Source of the DNA: Phoronis australis
Taxonomy: Eukaryota > Animalia > Phoronida
Assembly: GCA_002633005.1 (NCBI GenBank)
Contig: NMRA01000452.1
Coordinates: 158,270 to 222,269, forward strand
Length of the DNA stretch: 64,000 nucleotides
Direction of reading: 5' to 3'
The notes below the pieces were generated by a model. That model made no database searches. It had not been told where the DNA came from and saw only the letters and a list, made by a program, of their open reading frames with translations. Of this stretch, positions 1 to 12,326 are shown piece by piece. Made by a program: the position numbers and the translations under genes. The stretch's first letter is position 1, and every line of letters begins with the position of its first letter.

Positions 1-58
1 TTGATGTTTCAATCAGTATGTTATTTCCCCCTTTTCACCAACCTGGTAATGCCTTTAC

Positions 59-146
59 GACTTCCACTCCCATCATGCCCTGTACTCTGTCTCTCCCTTT
101 AGGACTTCCACTCCCATCATGCCCTGTACTCTGTCTCTCCCTTTAG
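59..146 (+). repeat. Exact 44-bp tandem duplication that includes the eIF1 splice acceptor
   Basis: gacttccactcccatcatgccctgtactctgtctctccctttag occurs at 59-102 and 103-146. Confidence 0.95.
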
Positions 147-278
147 GACTTCAACTGCAATGGTACTGTGGTAGAGCATGTTGAGTACGGCGAGGTCATA
201 CAGCTGCAAGGTGACTGGAGGCTGAAAACAAGGGACTTTCTGATTGAGCACGAGCTCGCCAGTGTAGATAACGTCAAG
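147..278 (+). CDS. EIF1: eIF1/SUI1-family translation initiation factor, penultimate coding exon (gene starts upstream of window)
   Basis: Flanked by ctctccctttag acceptor and gttagt donor. The 132 nt translate to DFNCNGTVVEHVEYGEVIQLQGDWRLKTRDFLIEHELASVDNVK, matching the eIF1 signature FACNGTVIEHPEYGEVIQLQGDQR. Confidence 0.93.
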
Positions 279-915
279 GTTAGTGCACCTGCTTGCTGCC
301 GAACCCTTCTGAAACTCGGTCCATTCATGACAGAAAAGCCATAAAATGACTGGGCTCTTCCATGAAAATCATGAACTGTGAAGATTGCATTTAGTAACGA
401 GAAGAAACTCCACTGCTTGTTTAGAGCGCAAATCCTGTCTTGGACTAGGATTTGAGTCCGACAGCTTGAAACTCAAAACTAGGCCACCTTTGGAACAAAA
501 TGATATCAACCCTCTTTTTCTGTTGACATGAAGAACATCCATTTTTAAATATAAAAATCAGACAACTATGCTCCCAGTATGATAGCATTAAGGCGTGGTT
601 TTTGCTTTCAATTTGGCAGGAAGTGGAGAGGCTGGGCAACTTAAAGCATCTAAGTCATGGCTTTGTGTTATTGTAGACTGTTTTTACTGTGTGTGATTAA
701 ATTCATAGACGTTAATCACCTTGAAAGTTTTGAGTTTACAGTACCTGGTTCTGTAAGCCGCAGCAGGTTCAGTGCTGCTGCTGGGATCAGTGTGCAAGGA
801 ATACGTACTCTACATCACACTAAAACATTTCTGAGAGGATTCTTATTGGCAATGGTATCCATGAGTAACTAAAAACGGTCATTTCTCCATCTCCGTTAAC
901 ACTGTATCGTGTTAA

Positions 916-2402
916 AGGAGAAGGCAACCTTTTTGCACGTTATTTTTAGTAACAAATACGGTTTGTTGATTATCCCTGACGTATGTTTCAGTTAGTTACA
1001 GCTTCCCGTAATTTTATTGATTAGTCGTGCTCAACTCTGGAAGTAACGTTTAGGGGGTTAAGAATTTCCCGCCATTTTGTTCCTGTGCTCGAGTTTAGTT
1101 TGAAGATCTGTTCCACTGTTGTTTTTGTGCTGGTTTCCTAAAACTCTCGTATTGTGCGACGAGCTAGGTTGTTAAACAACTCAATTACCTTGGACTTAGG
1201 GATTGTTTAGTTTGTAAGAGGCTGGAAATGACTGGAGTCGGGGACCCATATCACAGGCACAGCGATGGAGATATTGTTCATAGAAGTGGTGATGTGGAAT
1301 TTTTTTTCGCGAACAGTCAGTGGGTGGATATATGTTTAAGCCTCAGTAGTGAGGTAGACTACACACAGACAGCTATGAGAGGGATGAGGCAGAGAGAGGA
1401 TAGACGTGGTGGGATGTATTGGGGAATGTGCACGGTATGAACTGTTATTCCAAACTCAATGGAATGCCTATGCTGTTCTAACTGGATGGTGACCTGAGCA
1501 CCCAAACTGGTTACATCCTGCCGTGTGACTCTTTCGCCATGCACCTGGCACCTTCTGAATACCTTCCGTTCTTTAGTGAAGTCCACAATGATTTTATCAA
1601 AGTTTTTCTCACTGGGTGTCGAACTGGGCCTGTATTCATTCCCACTACTCAACATCGCTGCAGGGCTGCTTACAGGCTCTGGGCTGGACACAATGCCAGT
1701 ACATGGCAAATCATTGCTAGTTCCCGGAATTGCATGCTCTGGGGTACGTTCGGAGGCACTGCCTCCAGTCACTGTAGTGGCCACAACTCGCAAAGCTTCA
1801 AGCTTCAGAAATGCACTTCTCATGGGGTGGCGACAAGGCACTGCCCTGAATCAACAACGACAGTATGACACCCTTTTTCAGTCGTTGTTTTGCAGGAACC
1901 AGCATCAATTCCACATTCATCTCTCTTTTGTAAACTGACGCCAGAAAACGCTCGTTAGGTACTCGGTAATTCTCCTCTGATTTGTACATTTCGTCAACGG
2001 TTAACGCTGTGTTCTTCACACAAAAGAGCCAAGTACATCGGTGTGTGTCATCGTTCTGACTTAGCTCTACCATGGCCAGTGCCACTCGGAATTCACCAAT
2101 GGCGAGCGGCTAGCGTGAGCCTATTCAGTATTACTAGCATGTTCACTGATTCGTAAACGCTAACGACGACTGCGGAACTTACCGCAACCGGAGTAAAACA
2201 ATGACTCTGGACAGCTCACTCAGTCGGCCTCTATGTAAATAAAATGGCGGGAAATTCTTAACCCACTAAACGTCACTTCCGGAGTAAGGCACAACTAATT
2301 AACAAAATTACAGGAAGCCATTACTAACTGAAAAATATGTCTGGGATAATCAACAAACCATATTTTTACTAAAAATGGCATGACAAAAGGTTGCGTTCTC
2401 CT
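916..2402 (-). mobile_element. Decayed Kolobok-like DNA transposon in the last eIF1 intron
   Basis: Imperfect terminal inverted repeats of about 160 bp (916-1078 vs 2241-2402; aggagaaggcaacctttt / aaaaggttgcgttctcct). TTAA lies at the left flank; the right flank is degenerate. Contains an internal THAP-like relic. Confidence 0.7.
1798..2085 (-). pseudogene. Degenerate THAP-domain-like ORF inside the transposon
   Basis: W...YRVPNERF...YKREMNVELMLVPAKQRLKKGVILSL resembles the THAP consensus W...RVCSxHF...RLKxxAVPT/S with the zinc ligands lost. It continues by frameshift into ORF 1359-1841 (RSAFLKLEALRVV). Confidence 0.5.
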
Positions 2403-2570
2403 GTCAGTCAATTTTGAAACTCTGTGTGTACAACTCGTTCACTTAATGCTGGATATTAAGGTTGATTTCAGTTTGCTGAGTGAAAATCTTGTTTGTTCTG
2501 GAGTGTTAATTAAAGTGGAAATGTACATCTTGGTTGTTTGTTTATTTATGTGTTTGTTTGTCTGTTCCAG

Positions 2571-2585
2571 GTTCATGGTTTCTAA
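2571..2585 (+). CDS. EIF1: eIF1-family terminal coding exon (VHGF-stop)
   Basis: tctgttccag|GTT CAT GGT TTC TAA. The phase-0 join gives the canonical eIF1 C-terminus KVHGF*. Confidence 0.93.
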   Translation, partial: VHGF

Positions 2586-2986
2586 TCGTGGCGCCGCTTC
2601 AGTCTGTGTTTGATTGGACTCTGTTTAACTCATCGTACGTTGTGCAGGGACGCATACAGCAATTTTAAGCATGCATTACATAGTGTACAGTGGACGCTAA
2701 TCAAGCAGGAAGTTTACTATGTATATCAATTACGTGGACATCCCAACGCTGGAGGGATAGTGCCCCATTATGAATAGTAGCACTGTGTTTTGACAATGGA
2801 GTGCCAGTCTCAGGAGAAGAATTGTGCACGTGTCAAATCATGAACGTGATGCGTCAATTTGAAGGCAGTTAATAGACGACTCCTTACATCGCACGCTTGT
2901 TCTTGTGAACTTTTTGTAAAGCGAATGCCCCCATTTATTTTTGTTCTGCCATTGTAGAGGTTCTGTATGTTGTTTCAAATTAATTG

Positions 2987-2992
2987 AATAAA
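2987..2992 (+). terminator. Probable polyadenylation signal of the eIF1-like gene
   Basis: AATAAA about 400 nt after the stop codon, followed by T-rich sequence. Confidence 0.55.
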
Positions 2993-4800
2993 CTTATCGA
3001 CTTTTATACAAAGGAGGTCTTATTGAATGTTTTCTCGTAGCTTTTACTAACAAATTTCACTTGACTGTGGTAAAGTCTCAGCATTTAGGTTACAATGTTA
3101 CTATTTCAACTTGGTCTGCTAGACTGTATTTACCTAGTCCTTGATCCCAGGAGATTTCTCGTCTTTCGATTGGATGATGTTTACTGCTTGTAGCGGGATC
3201 ACCGGTCACATGGGTTTATCTTGTTTGGCGATGTTGTCACCATGCATGGTAGACTGCCGTAATTTTGTTTTCTTTTTTCATAAAAGATTAATGTCGCGAA
3301 GCTAATCCTTTATGGTTTCCAAGTTTTTTGTCATAGTTTCCAACTGTCCACTGTACTCCATTTTGAAAATGTGCGTATTCCCAACAATGTGAGAAACCTT
3401 TGGAAAGTGTTTGATTTTACAATTATTTTTGTCTTAAAGTGGTGAAATTTTACTGTATTGAGAATAGCATTTGGTGTTGGTTAGGTCTCCTTTGGTTAAT
3501 GACAATTTTCCAAATTTCGTGCTTTGCACAAGTAGGACCTGATTTTGAACAAAGATCTATGCTCTCTATCACTGTGTGTATTGTGATGTCTCGGGAGAGT
3601 TAAAACCAAGCTCCACAACTCAACTTTTGTGTGGTTGAACTGGTTATTTCTGAAACTTATATCTCTCTCATAGGAGATTTGAAATGGCTGACATCTTTGT
3701 CATAGAGTTCGGACCAAGATGCACATTAGTCCTTGTGTCTTGGTTTGGATGTCTGCAGGAGTAGGATGTGATCCTCGATCGTAGTGCTGGAAGCAAGGTC
3801 GACAGCTCCCTCTTTGTGTATGATGGTGTACTAGAATGTGATGATAGCAGTTATAACTAAGAGCCACAGCTCCCCCTATGTGTAAAATGATGTATCGTCA
3901 ATTTGAAGTTCATGATATACAATATATCTGGCACCGTGACTTCCCAACTATTTCCCAAAACTCAACTAGGAAGTTGACCAATGCACAGGGTATGAAATTG
4001 TAAAAGTTACTGTCACTCTATTCATCCAGTTATGTCCGCAGTAAAGTTTGGTTGTGTGGGCCTCAAATTACTGGAGTGGGAGAATTGCCTAAAGTTGACT
4101 AATGTTTCACGAAGTACACTGTATGACACAGTGAAATTGGGATTTGTGAAATTTCTGAATACAAAATTCTACTTTGTCATTGACATTGGTTGCAGTTTAG
4201 AGCCTTTCAAAACTGAAGACAGGGATATTTGGGTATGACTGCTTTTGTGGGAAATGGCGTAAGTGAAACTAAACTATGGGCAACTAAACATTCTTGTTTT
4301 GATGTGTTCACATGTCCTTGTGTAGGTGTATATTGCAACTGAACATCTCTAGTCTCTGTTTTGGTTGCTATATCTCTGAAACCCCTGGTATCATTTCTTC
4401 GTATCTTCATCAATATCTACCAAGTTTCGTAGTGTATCTTCATGGAATTTGGTGCATATGTTCCTATTGGAGACATCACAAAGGTGGTTGATTTTTGGAT
4501 TGGTCCAACTGCAGTAGTGCCCCTTAGTGGCCATTTTTTCTTGCCTGTGCTTTTATCTACCATGGGCGTTCCTTGATGGACCTTAATGAAATTTGGTTCT
4601 CAGGAGATCACAGTTGATGTTGATGAGGCACCAGTGTTGCCTCCTATAGTGGCAATTTAGATTTTTCTTTCCTTATTATTCAGTTTCTGACAAGTTCCTC
4701 AAAGTTTGAGGTATAAGTTTCTGTGAAGGAAGTGACGTCACCGGCCAAGTTCATTCCATTTAGAACTTTGTAGTGTGCATCACTAAAATACAAAAAGGCC

Positions 4801-4954
4801 AGCCTCCCGTTCAGTAACGCTAGGACCTCGCTAAAAAGCAAGACTTCGCGAGAATACGTGAGATATCGCCGTGCATTTTAAATGAGAGCACGTGACTTTG
4901 ACTAGGTTTTAGCTAGGTCCTAGCGTAGGTCCTAGCGTCTACTGAACGCAAGCC
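4801..4954. mobile_element. Small MITE-like inverted-repeat element
   Basis: cgttcagtaacgctaggacctcgctaaaa pairs with ttttagctaggtcctagcgt...ctactgaacg. The right arm has an internal 12-bp duplication. Confidence 0.6.
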
Positions 4955-7420
4955 AGCTTGCGCTACGAGTTTCCCGCCAAACCTTCGTCTTTCTTAGTAT
5001 TATCACTGAGCATAAAAGCACGTAACATCGAAGATCATCGTCTATAAATCCGCCTTTCGTCACAAAAGTCAACTTCTGATTTAGACCACTTGCAGTTGGG
5101 AGTTTGTTCTTTAGACAAATTATGTGATTTCTTGTCATGGAATGGATAGTTCGGTATTGCTGGAGAGGAGACTCCTCAAGTTGACTTGTGAGGTCTCATT
5201 TTAGTCACTAAGCATGGGGGAACTAGAATTCTACTGAGAGTTTTGACTTAAGGTATTCCAGTGGATGGTGCAAGGTGAAAATTAATGAAGAACAGTTAAA
5301 GACTCGTGGCAGAGTGCGCTGTCCGAGATTCATTTTCGAAGAAACTGGCTTAAGAATCCCCAGTGATACATGGATAACCACATCTTTCTGTCTTGTAAGC
5401 AATGGAAATCGTGCATTTGTTTTTGTTTAGTAGTAGTGCGTGTATATTACTATAGAAATTCATATGTTAATCTACAGCAAACGCAGTGTTTACGTACCAT
5501 TATAACTCACCTGGGCTGTATTCACCTTGACTAGTTTAAATATCCATTCAAAGAAGAAAAAATACGTCATCGACCTCGTGTTTCAGGTCATCTCTGGTGT
5601 TAGACGTACAGCTTGACAAATGCCTCCCCCACTCACTTACGAAACTTTAATTCGTGTGCTGTACGGGGCCCATTGTCGCGGCGTTGTCCATTTTTTCGAC
5701 AAACATCTATCGTCTATCTCAAAGGTTTTAGGCACTGTTGAAAAGCTTGTTTCTTGTGTGAATTTTGGCACGCAAACATCGTGTCTCGAGCTTCGAAGAT
5801 CTGTTCACCGCCGCTCGTGTGTGCCGCTCTTTAAGGCCTACTATGTTGTCAGGACGACTATTTTATATGCAATAAGCACTTTCGGTTAACCTTTATATCT
5901 TTTTCTCAAATTCTTCCTTAATCTAAGTGCTGACGGTTGGATAGTGCTTTACACCAGGCTATAAATGGTGCTTGTCAGTCGCCGTGTGTCGAGCCGAGCT
6001 TGGCCTGGAGAGAAATAAGAAACAAAGTAATTCTCGTCTGAGTAATTAGAACAGGTTGAGACCAATAGTGATAAGGATTCTCAATCGACAATTCGCTTCT
6101 TTGTGTGGAGTCGGTGGTTTGCAGTTGTTTTGAAAGGGTAACTGAAATACGGATGTGAAGAAAGTTAATGTTTCCGACACCAGAAGATGGTTTATTGTAG
6201 GTTTAACGAAACGACTTAATTCGTTTTCTTCTACTTGTTTAACATCCCACTGTCGATCCACAATCCTGGTCACTCAAACACAGCCTCACTATTGGAGGTT
6301 TCGATAGAGATAACCAAGGAAGAGGGACCATGAACAGCGTGCAAACCAGAATTTTTTTTGAAAGAGAAGTTGGGCACTTTTCGCGGAAATCTCGTCAAAA
6401 TATTGCACTTTTGGCCCCTGAGCCAGGTTCCTCCCTATCGCCACCACTTATAAGACCCCTCGGGTTGTCGCCAATTGCGCACCCCCTTGCCATGGGGGTG
6501 CGGATTAATGTGGAGGCGAGGCGGTGGCGTGGAGACGGCCACACCAAAAACCCGGGTACCAAGTTTCAAGAACTCTTTGAGGGTGTATCATGATACAAAA
6601 TTGCTAGTATAGGGTACTATTATAGGGTACTATTTTTAGGATATCTTTTATAAATTACAATTTATTAAGGTGTCAAAAAGATGTATTGCCAAAATCAACC
6701 TTTGTGGATATGAAAATAATAAATACCGTGGGTGGGTTATGGCGGAGGAATACGGGAACGGCATCATTTCGTAATGAGTAGTAAAACGGAACCTCGTGTC
6801 GCGTGATTTCGATTGTAGTTTCGCCTAGATCTGTAGGTGAAAGTGAGGCCAGAGGTTCACTTACAGTTTACGGAAAGGATCGACTGCATAACGGTCTGTC
6901 CAGCGAACTGGTTTCTTAGAAGCTTCTATGGGCGGTTGCATAAGACCATTTTTTCTTAATTCTTAAAGCAACTGCAGACTTGTTTACTTCCCGACGTTTT
7001 GTTTTCCCATCACTTAACATTTATAGTGAGATCTACTTTTATTTATGACCGAAAAATAAATTAGGATTAAATCCTCATATTATGGTCGTTGTGTTAAAAG
7101 GTTTATTTCCTATGATATTAAGAATTCAATGTACAAGTAGTCTGGCAGTGTATCCAAGCTAACACGTGACGCCGGTAGCAACGAAAATAAAAGAGTAGAA
7201 ACTGGACAATCAGTGTATGCAGAACATACACAAACGCGCTTAAAATTTTAGGAACGTCGTTGGCTCCTATTTTGAGACAGTTTCATGCTACCAGGCACCG
7301 ATACCGGCAAATTGATCTGAGCAAAAGGCCAACTCGATAAAATAACTGCTTTAAACGAAGACTGGAGGTCTCTGTTATTGACGATCAAATCCTAATAGCG
7401 ATTTTCAAAAGGTGTACTTT

Positions 7421-7710
7421 AGTGGCGGATTTGGGGGGGAAGGCGGCAAGGAGGCCTTGGCCGTAACCGGAATTTTCCCAGATTCCATTTGGAAGTTCGG
7501 GGTGCGAATTGCTGGCTGGCATATGCACGCACCTAGGGGTCTCGGGAGGCGAACGAAAATGCATAATCCTGAACAAACCCCGTTTAGTTTTTTTTAGTAA
7601 TAAGGTTCACAAACCCAGAAAACCATTTTAGGCCGGGATCACCCATATGGCAAAATTCTGGTCATTCCTGTACCCTGGCCCCCCTAACTCAAAATCCCGG
7701 ATCCGCCCCT
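7421..7710. mobile_element. GC-rich MITE-like element
   Basis: Termini agtggcggat / atccgcccct with G-rich and C-rich subterminal tracts. No clean target-site duplication. Confidence 0.5.
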
Positions 7711-7843
7711 GTACTACCCTTGAATTTTTGGGGAAAAATGCCGATGTTTTTATCATCATAATAAAACCACTACGAACGTCGCTCGTGCAGGACAAATTCT
7801 TCGATATTTCGTTTCTGGTTAGTACGTTGTTTTGTACAGATAC

Positions 7844-7845
<2 letters not shown>

Positions 7846-7887
<42 letters not shown>

Positions 7888-7898
7888 TTATTATTGTT

Positions 7899-7940
<42 letters not shown>

Positions 7941-7952
7941 ATTGTTATTATT
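7846..7952. repeat. Compound (ATT)n/(GTT)n microsatellite
   Basis: Seen directly. It explains the poly-I/V and poly-Y/C ORFs in the track. Confidence 0.97.
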
Positions 7953-9559
7953 TAATATTTATTGAAAAAATCACTTTTATGAAAGATACACTTCACGCAC
8001 GCACGCACGCACGCGCGCAGAGGCACACGAAAATCTAATCCTGTTGCCTACTTAGAAAAATAGTTTCAACGTTAGCGGTCTCACGTTTTTTTGGTTATCT
8101 ACAGCGCTTGCCTTGATGCTGCTGTGTAACACATGAACTTATTTTTAGGTTAACATAACCAATGTGATATTTTTAAATTCCCTCCGTAAATAGTTTATAG
8201 TGTTGAAGTCAATGGCCGGCAAAGGAGCAATTGTCCCGAACAACGCTTCAAAGGCGATGCCTTCTGAGAGGTGTCCCTAAGTTAAAGGGCATGCTGCCAA
8301 ACACTCTAACATGAAAGGCTGTATTTCTTACAAAAAATGGAAAGAGTGATAGTTGATTCCATCATCGGGTCATCCTCCTATCCCCTCCCTTCATATAAAA
8401 GTTTGTATGACTTCGCAAAAAATATAAAAAGATGGAGAATTGATTCCATCACTGGAGCTCAACGTGAGAGGCCTCTTGAGAAAGAAAGAAAACATTAGAA
8501 AAGCCGGAGAATTAAGGGAAGGCCTGGCCATACACGCCATCTTCAAGTCACCTTCAAGAGGTGAGAGTTGTATTAAAAGGGGTATACAAGCGAAAAATAT
8601 TCCCTAAAATTTTCCTCTTGACGTTTTCAAGCTTTCTTTGCAGAAGGTATGAACTATGAGCAGGTAAGCTATCCATAAACCGATCTTAAAAATTGAAGAC
8701 ACAGTAACAAAAAGTTCAGCTTCAATGGATCAACCCAATTCTTTTAAAACGTTAAAACGTTGACAAACGTTCTATAAAATTTTCTTTCTTCCACACGCTT
8801 CGCTGTGTCTTTCATTCATTCTCTCAACCGACTCTGCCATGAACGTCTGTCTCTACTACCTTTTCTCACCCTAATGCCAGCAATGTACACTCTCAGTCCG
8901 CCCGTCGCCTATAGTTGGTTCCCGGGAGTGCTGGCCCCTTACCTCATGTGTTTCCCAATCCCCTGTCATCGCCTATTTCCATACAAGCAGGAAGATTCAC
9001 TTAATCCCCAAGACTCCGAAGCTAAGTACAGACCGTCACTACACTCAGTTGCCTTTTGTTATTGAAACAGTTGTGCCTCCGGCCGACGTTTGCAAAGACT
9101 ATAAAACTGAAACAGTGCAAGAACGTGTCAACAGCTATCTCAGATGAATACATTTTTTGTTGAAACATGACTATTCAAAAAATGTATAGTTATTAAAAGT
9201 CTTCGGTAGATCTGGGTACTTGGAAAAGAACCTTTTGCATTTCGAACTCCGAAATTGAACACTCAGTAATGTTTAGTGGGAATTAGTCAGCTGGGGATTA
9301 AGTGAAAAAATTAACATTTAATACATTTATTCAAATACACCTTTTGAACAGCCCGTCCCGCATACCAGATTGTGGTTTTACAGGGAAGATATTTTACTTA
9401 ACCACACAAAGATTAATTTTAACTAGATTTGTGAAACTGTATAAAGAATGCATACTGTTCTCTGATATCCCCAAGCCACGGCAACTGTTGAACACACAGA
9501 AACCGAAGTTCAAAGTTGAAAGGTTATTTGAATTAACAGAGGTCATTTTGTTGCTATAC

Positions 9560-10085
9560 GGGAGTACCCGTAGTAATTCACGTAGCCGCAGTGCGCAATG
9601 ATAACTTGAAAACTCCCGCCATTTTCTTCAAAATTTGGTCAAAACAAAACTTTTGTTTATTCCAAAAAAATTAACTATGTTATGAAAGAAAGTGAGACTT
9701 CGTGTCTATTTTTTCTAATTTCTGTTTTCTTTATGTTATAAATAAAGATTTAATTTATAAAAAGTTGTAAACTATTTACTGATGCGTATGTACAGCCGGT
9801 ATCCCTTAACGCAGTAAAAAGGCCATGTGATCTCCACTGGATCTTCACATTGGCAAGGATACAACGCGGAACTGGTGAAATATTTCACAGTAAAGTTCTC
9901 TGTCGTTGAGCAGCGGCTAACTAACGTACCCCTTGTAAAAACGAATCCATCCCTCCACATTTTGCCGGATTTACGGTTGTTTTGAAGCTGTGTGAGGTCG
10001 TAAAAGTTGGTCGTTTCTGAGGTAGGTGTTTGCAGTTTCACTCCCCATCCGCCATCTTCCAAATCTACATTCCAATCACGTGTAT
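9560..10085 (+). promoter_or_regulatory. Candidate LARP4 promoter and non-coding first exon
   Basis: CpG-retaining stretch with YY1-like cgccatttt (about 9617) and ccgccatctt (10049), CCAAT (10072) and CACGTG (10077), plus a good donor ctgaG|gtaggt at 10021/10022. Inference only. Confidence 0.3.
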
Positions 10086-10588
10086 TTCCTAAATTGGTGA
10101 AATGGAAACAATGTGTGTAGTCGTTGCAAATATAGTGGGTAACAACTCTAGAACGAAAAACGACATTATATTTGCGGTATAAGAATTAAGTTTTTCATGA
10201 ACCACGAAAGAGAAGACCTGTTTTGTTGCTAAGAAAATTACAATGGCTATTTCACCATGAGACGAGCGTACTTGTTTACTGCATTATAATATGCCATGTA
10301 TGTTCTTTAACTCTGCACCAACGCACTTGTTTTTAGTGTATTGAAACAGGTGCAAGTGCCTAATGTTTCAATGGACAACAGTTTGCAACATGTCACTTAT
10401 TTTCTTTCAAGAAATTAGAAGTTGAATTTGATGTGGTTATTGGTCTAAAAATAGAAAGCAATTCAAGATGGCGGCTCCCTTGTCAAAGGTCACAATGATG
10501 CATTGCTTGCACAAGCTTACTCTTGACTAAACTGGTTGTGGGTTTATGAAAAATCCATGTGAATCATTATATGAGCACTGACTGGGCA

Positions 10589-11259
10589 CCCGGTTATTGT
10601 TTACAATCCGACTCCATTAACGTACATACTTGATACTACTATTTTCTGAATCTTCTAGTCATGGTGATTCCAAAAATGTATTCCTTGTACTGATTGGTCG
10701 ATTATTATTCACATTCACAATTTCCGATTTTTTCCAAAGCATTCATTTGCAATGCGGATTTAGTGACGCAGCCATTTTTAAAGGTGCGACGCCTGTCAGC
10801 AGGATTAATTACTAACGGTTAACCGCGAGATGTCAAGTGTTTTTGAACACGATATTTGTCTGCGAGAACACACACTCTCGTGTTTTTTCTGATGAGGTTT
10901 TGAAGAGGGAATCATTTATAAATGACTATTACTGTTTTTTACTCAGAGTTTCCCTAACATGCCACGCGGTATCTTCAACATACTAGCCAATTTTGGGGTC
11001 TTTTTGAGACACGCATGATCGTTGTAGTTATCATTCCTGCCGACAGGTGTCGCAGTTTTATAATGGCGGTCACTCGAGATCGACTGCCGCAAATGAGCAC
11101 CTCGTTAAAACGGTGAATGCATGAATAAAAGGATACCTAATCGGTACGAGTATTACATTTTTGGAATCACCATCATCACCCTGACGAGAGGATTCAGAAA
11201 ATTTTAATATCTCGACAAGTATGTACGTTGATGGAGTCGGATTGTAAACAATAACCGGG
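10589..11259. mobile_element. Foldback element with long (about 250 bp) inverted arms
   Basis: cccggttattgtttacaatccgactccattaacgtacatacttg pairs with caagtatgtacgttgatggagtcggattgtaaacaataaccggg, and pairing continues inward (ggtgattccaaaaatgta / tacatttttggaatcacc). A second, interrupted copy lies at 15040-15635. Confidence 0.8.
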
Positions 11260-12227
11260 CACTCTTTTATGAGCCAGTTACTTCCACCGATTAACACCAG
11301 GTTTGTTCACATTTTCAGCCAGTTATGACTTGATATGGTCCCCTGGTAGTTTACCTCTCGGCCTAACAATGGTATAACTGGTAGTGTCAAAATGTCCTGG
11401 TATGGAGCAGTAACTGATCAGTGGTGTCATTCAGTCAACTAAACTTAGGACAGGAATATTCAGAAAATCACTATATTAAAAAGGCTACATTTGCCATGGC
11501 ATGGCCTGAATATAAGGCGATACTCAAATAAAAGTTGATACTGAAATATCAGGCCATAGTTTCATGTTAGGTTTTATAGTACCTATTAGAAAATCGGAAG
11601 TCGTCCATTTTATGCGTAAGTTACCATTTTATCATCAGTAGATTGGGTTGTCGACTTGCACTGCAATGTTTGAAGAACTGATTGGTGGATCACACAATCA
11701 TTAACGTTAAACTGTTAACAAACTTTTAAAGATTTAGCCATCAAATTTTAAACCTGCCAGAGAAGTCGATCACTCATATCCAGGTCACTACAAGTGATGT
11801 GTTCGAAATTTTCGCCAGCTGGCAGTGATTCGAAATAATTCCCAACAATTGGGGTTTATGACTAAATGTTGTTGAAATCTAGTTGACAGAAGACTGTATA
11901 ATTTATCAATCGGAACGTAAATATCTGACCCTAAAATAGTCCTTTTTGTTGAGTTCATGGGCTGTCATTAAAACATTCCAGGACGTTTGCTTGGTGAGTC
12001 GCTGCTATGATTTTGTTCTGTCTACCAATCGCAATAACGAGGAAGTTGATTATTTGATACTGACTAGCTTCCTCTCTTCTCGGTCCAGTAAAGTGCAGTA
12101 GTGTGTGGGCCCAGATGTTATTTAAGTATGAGACTTACATCCACATGTCTGTGGATCCTGATTATGTCACTAAATATATTCTGTGCTCAATTAAAAATTT
12201 TCTCAAACTTTGAAATGGAGTTCACAT

Positions 12228-12278
12228 GCACGCACACACACGCACACACACACACACACATATACCCACGCACGCACG

Positions 12279-12312
<34 letters not shown>

Positions 12313-12326
12313 CAAACACAGACACA
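12228..12326. repeat. (CA)n/(CACG)n microsatellite
   Basis: Seen directly. The second copy has a much shorter version at about 17521-17556. Confidence 0.95.

Noticed and set aside
7647-8038. Poly-Ile/Val and poly-Tyr/Cys ORFs
   Set aside because: Microsatellite translation.
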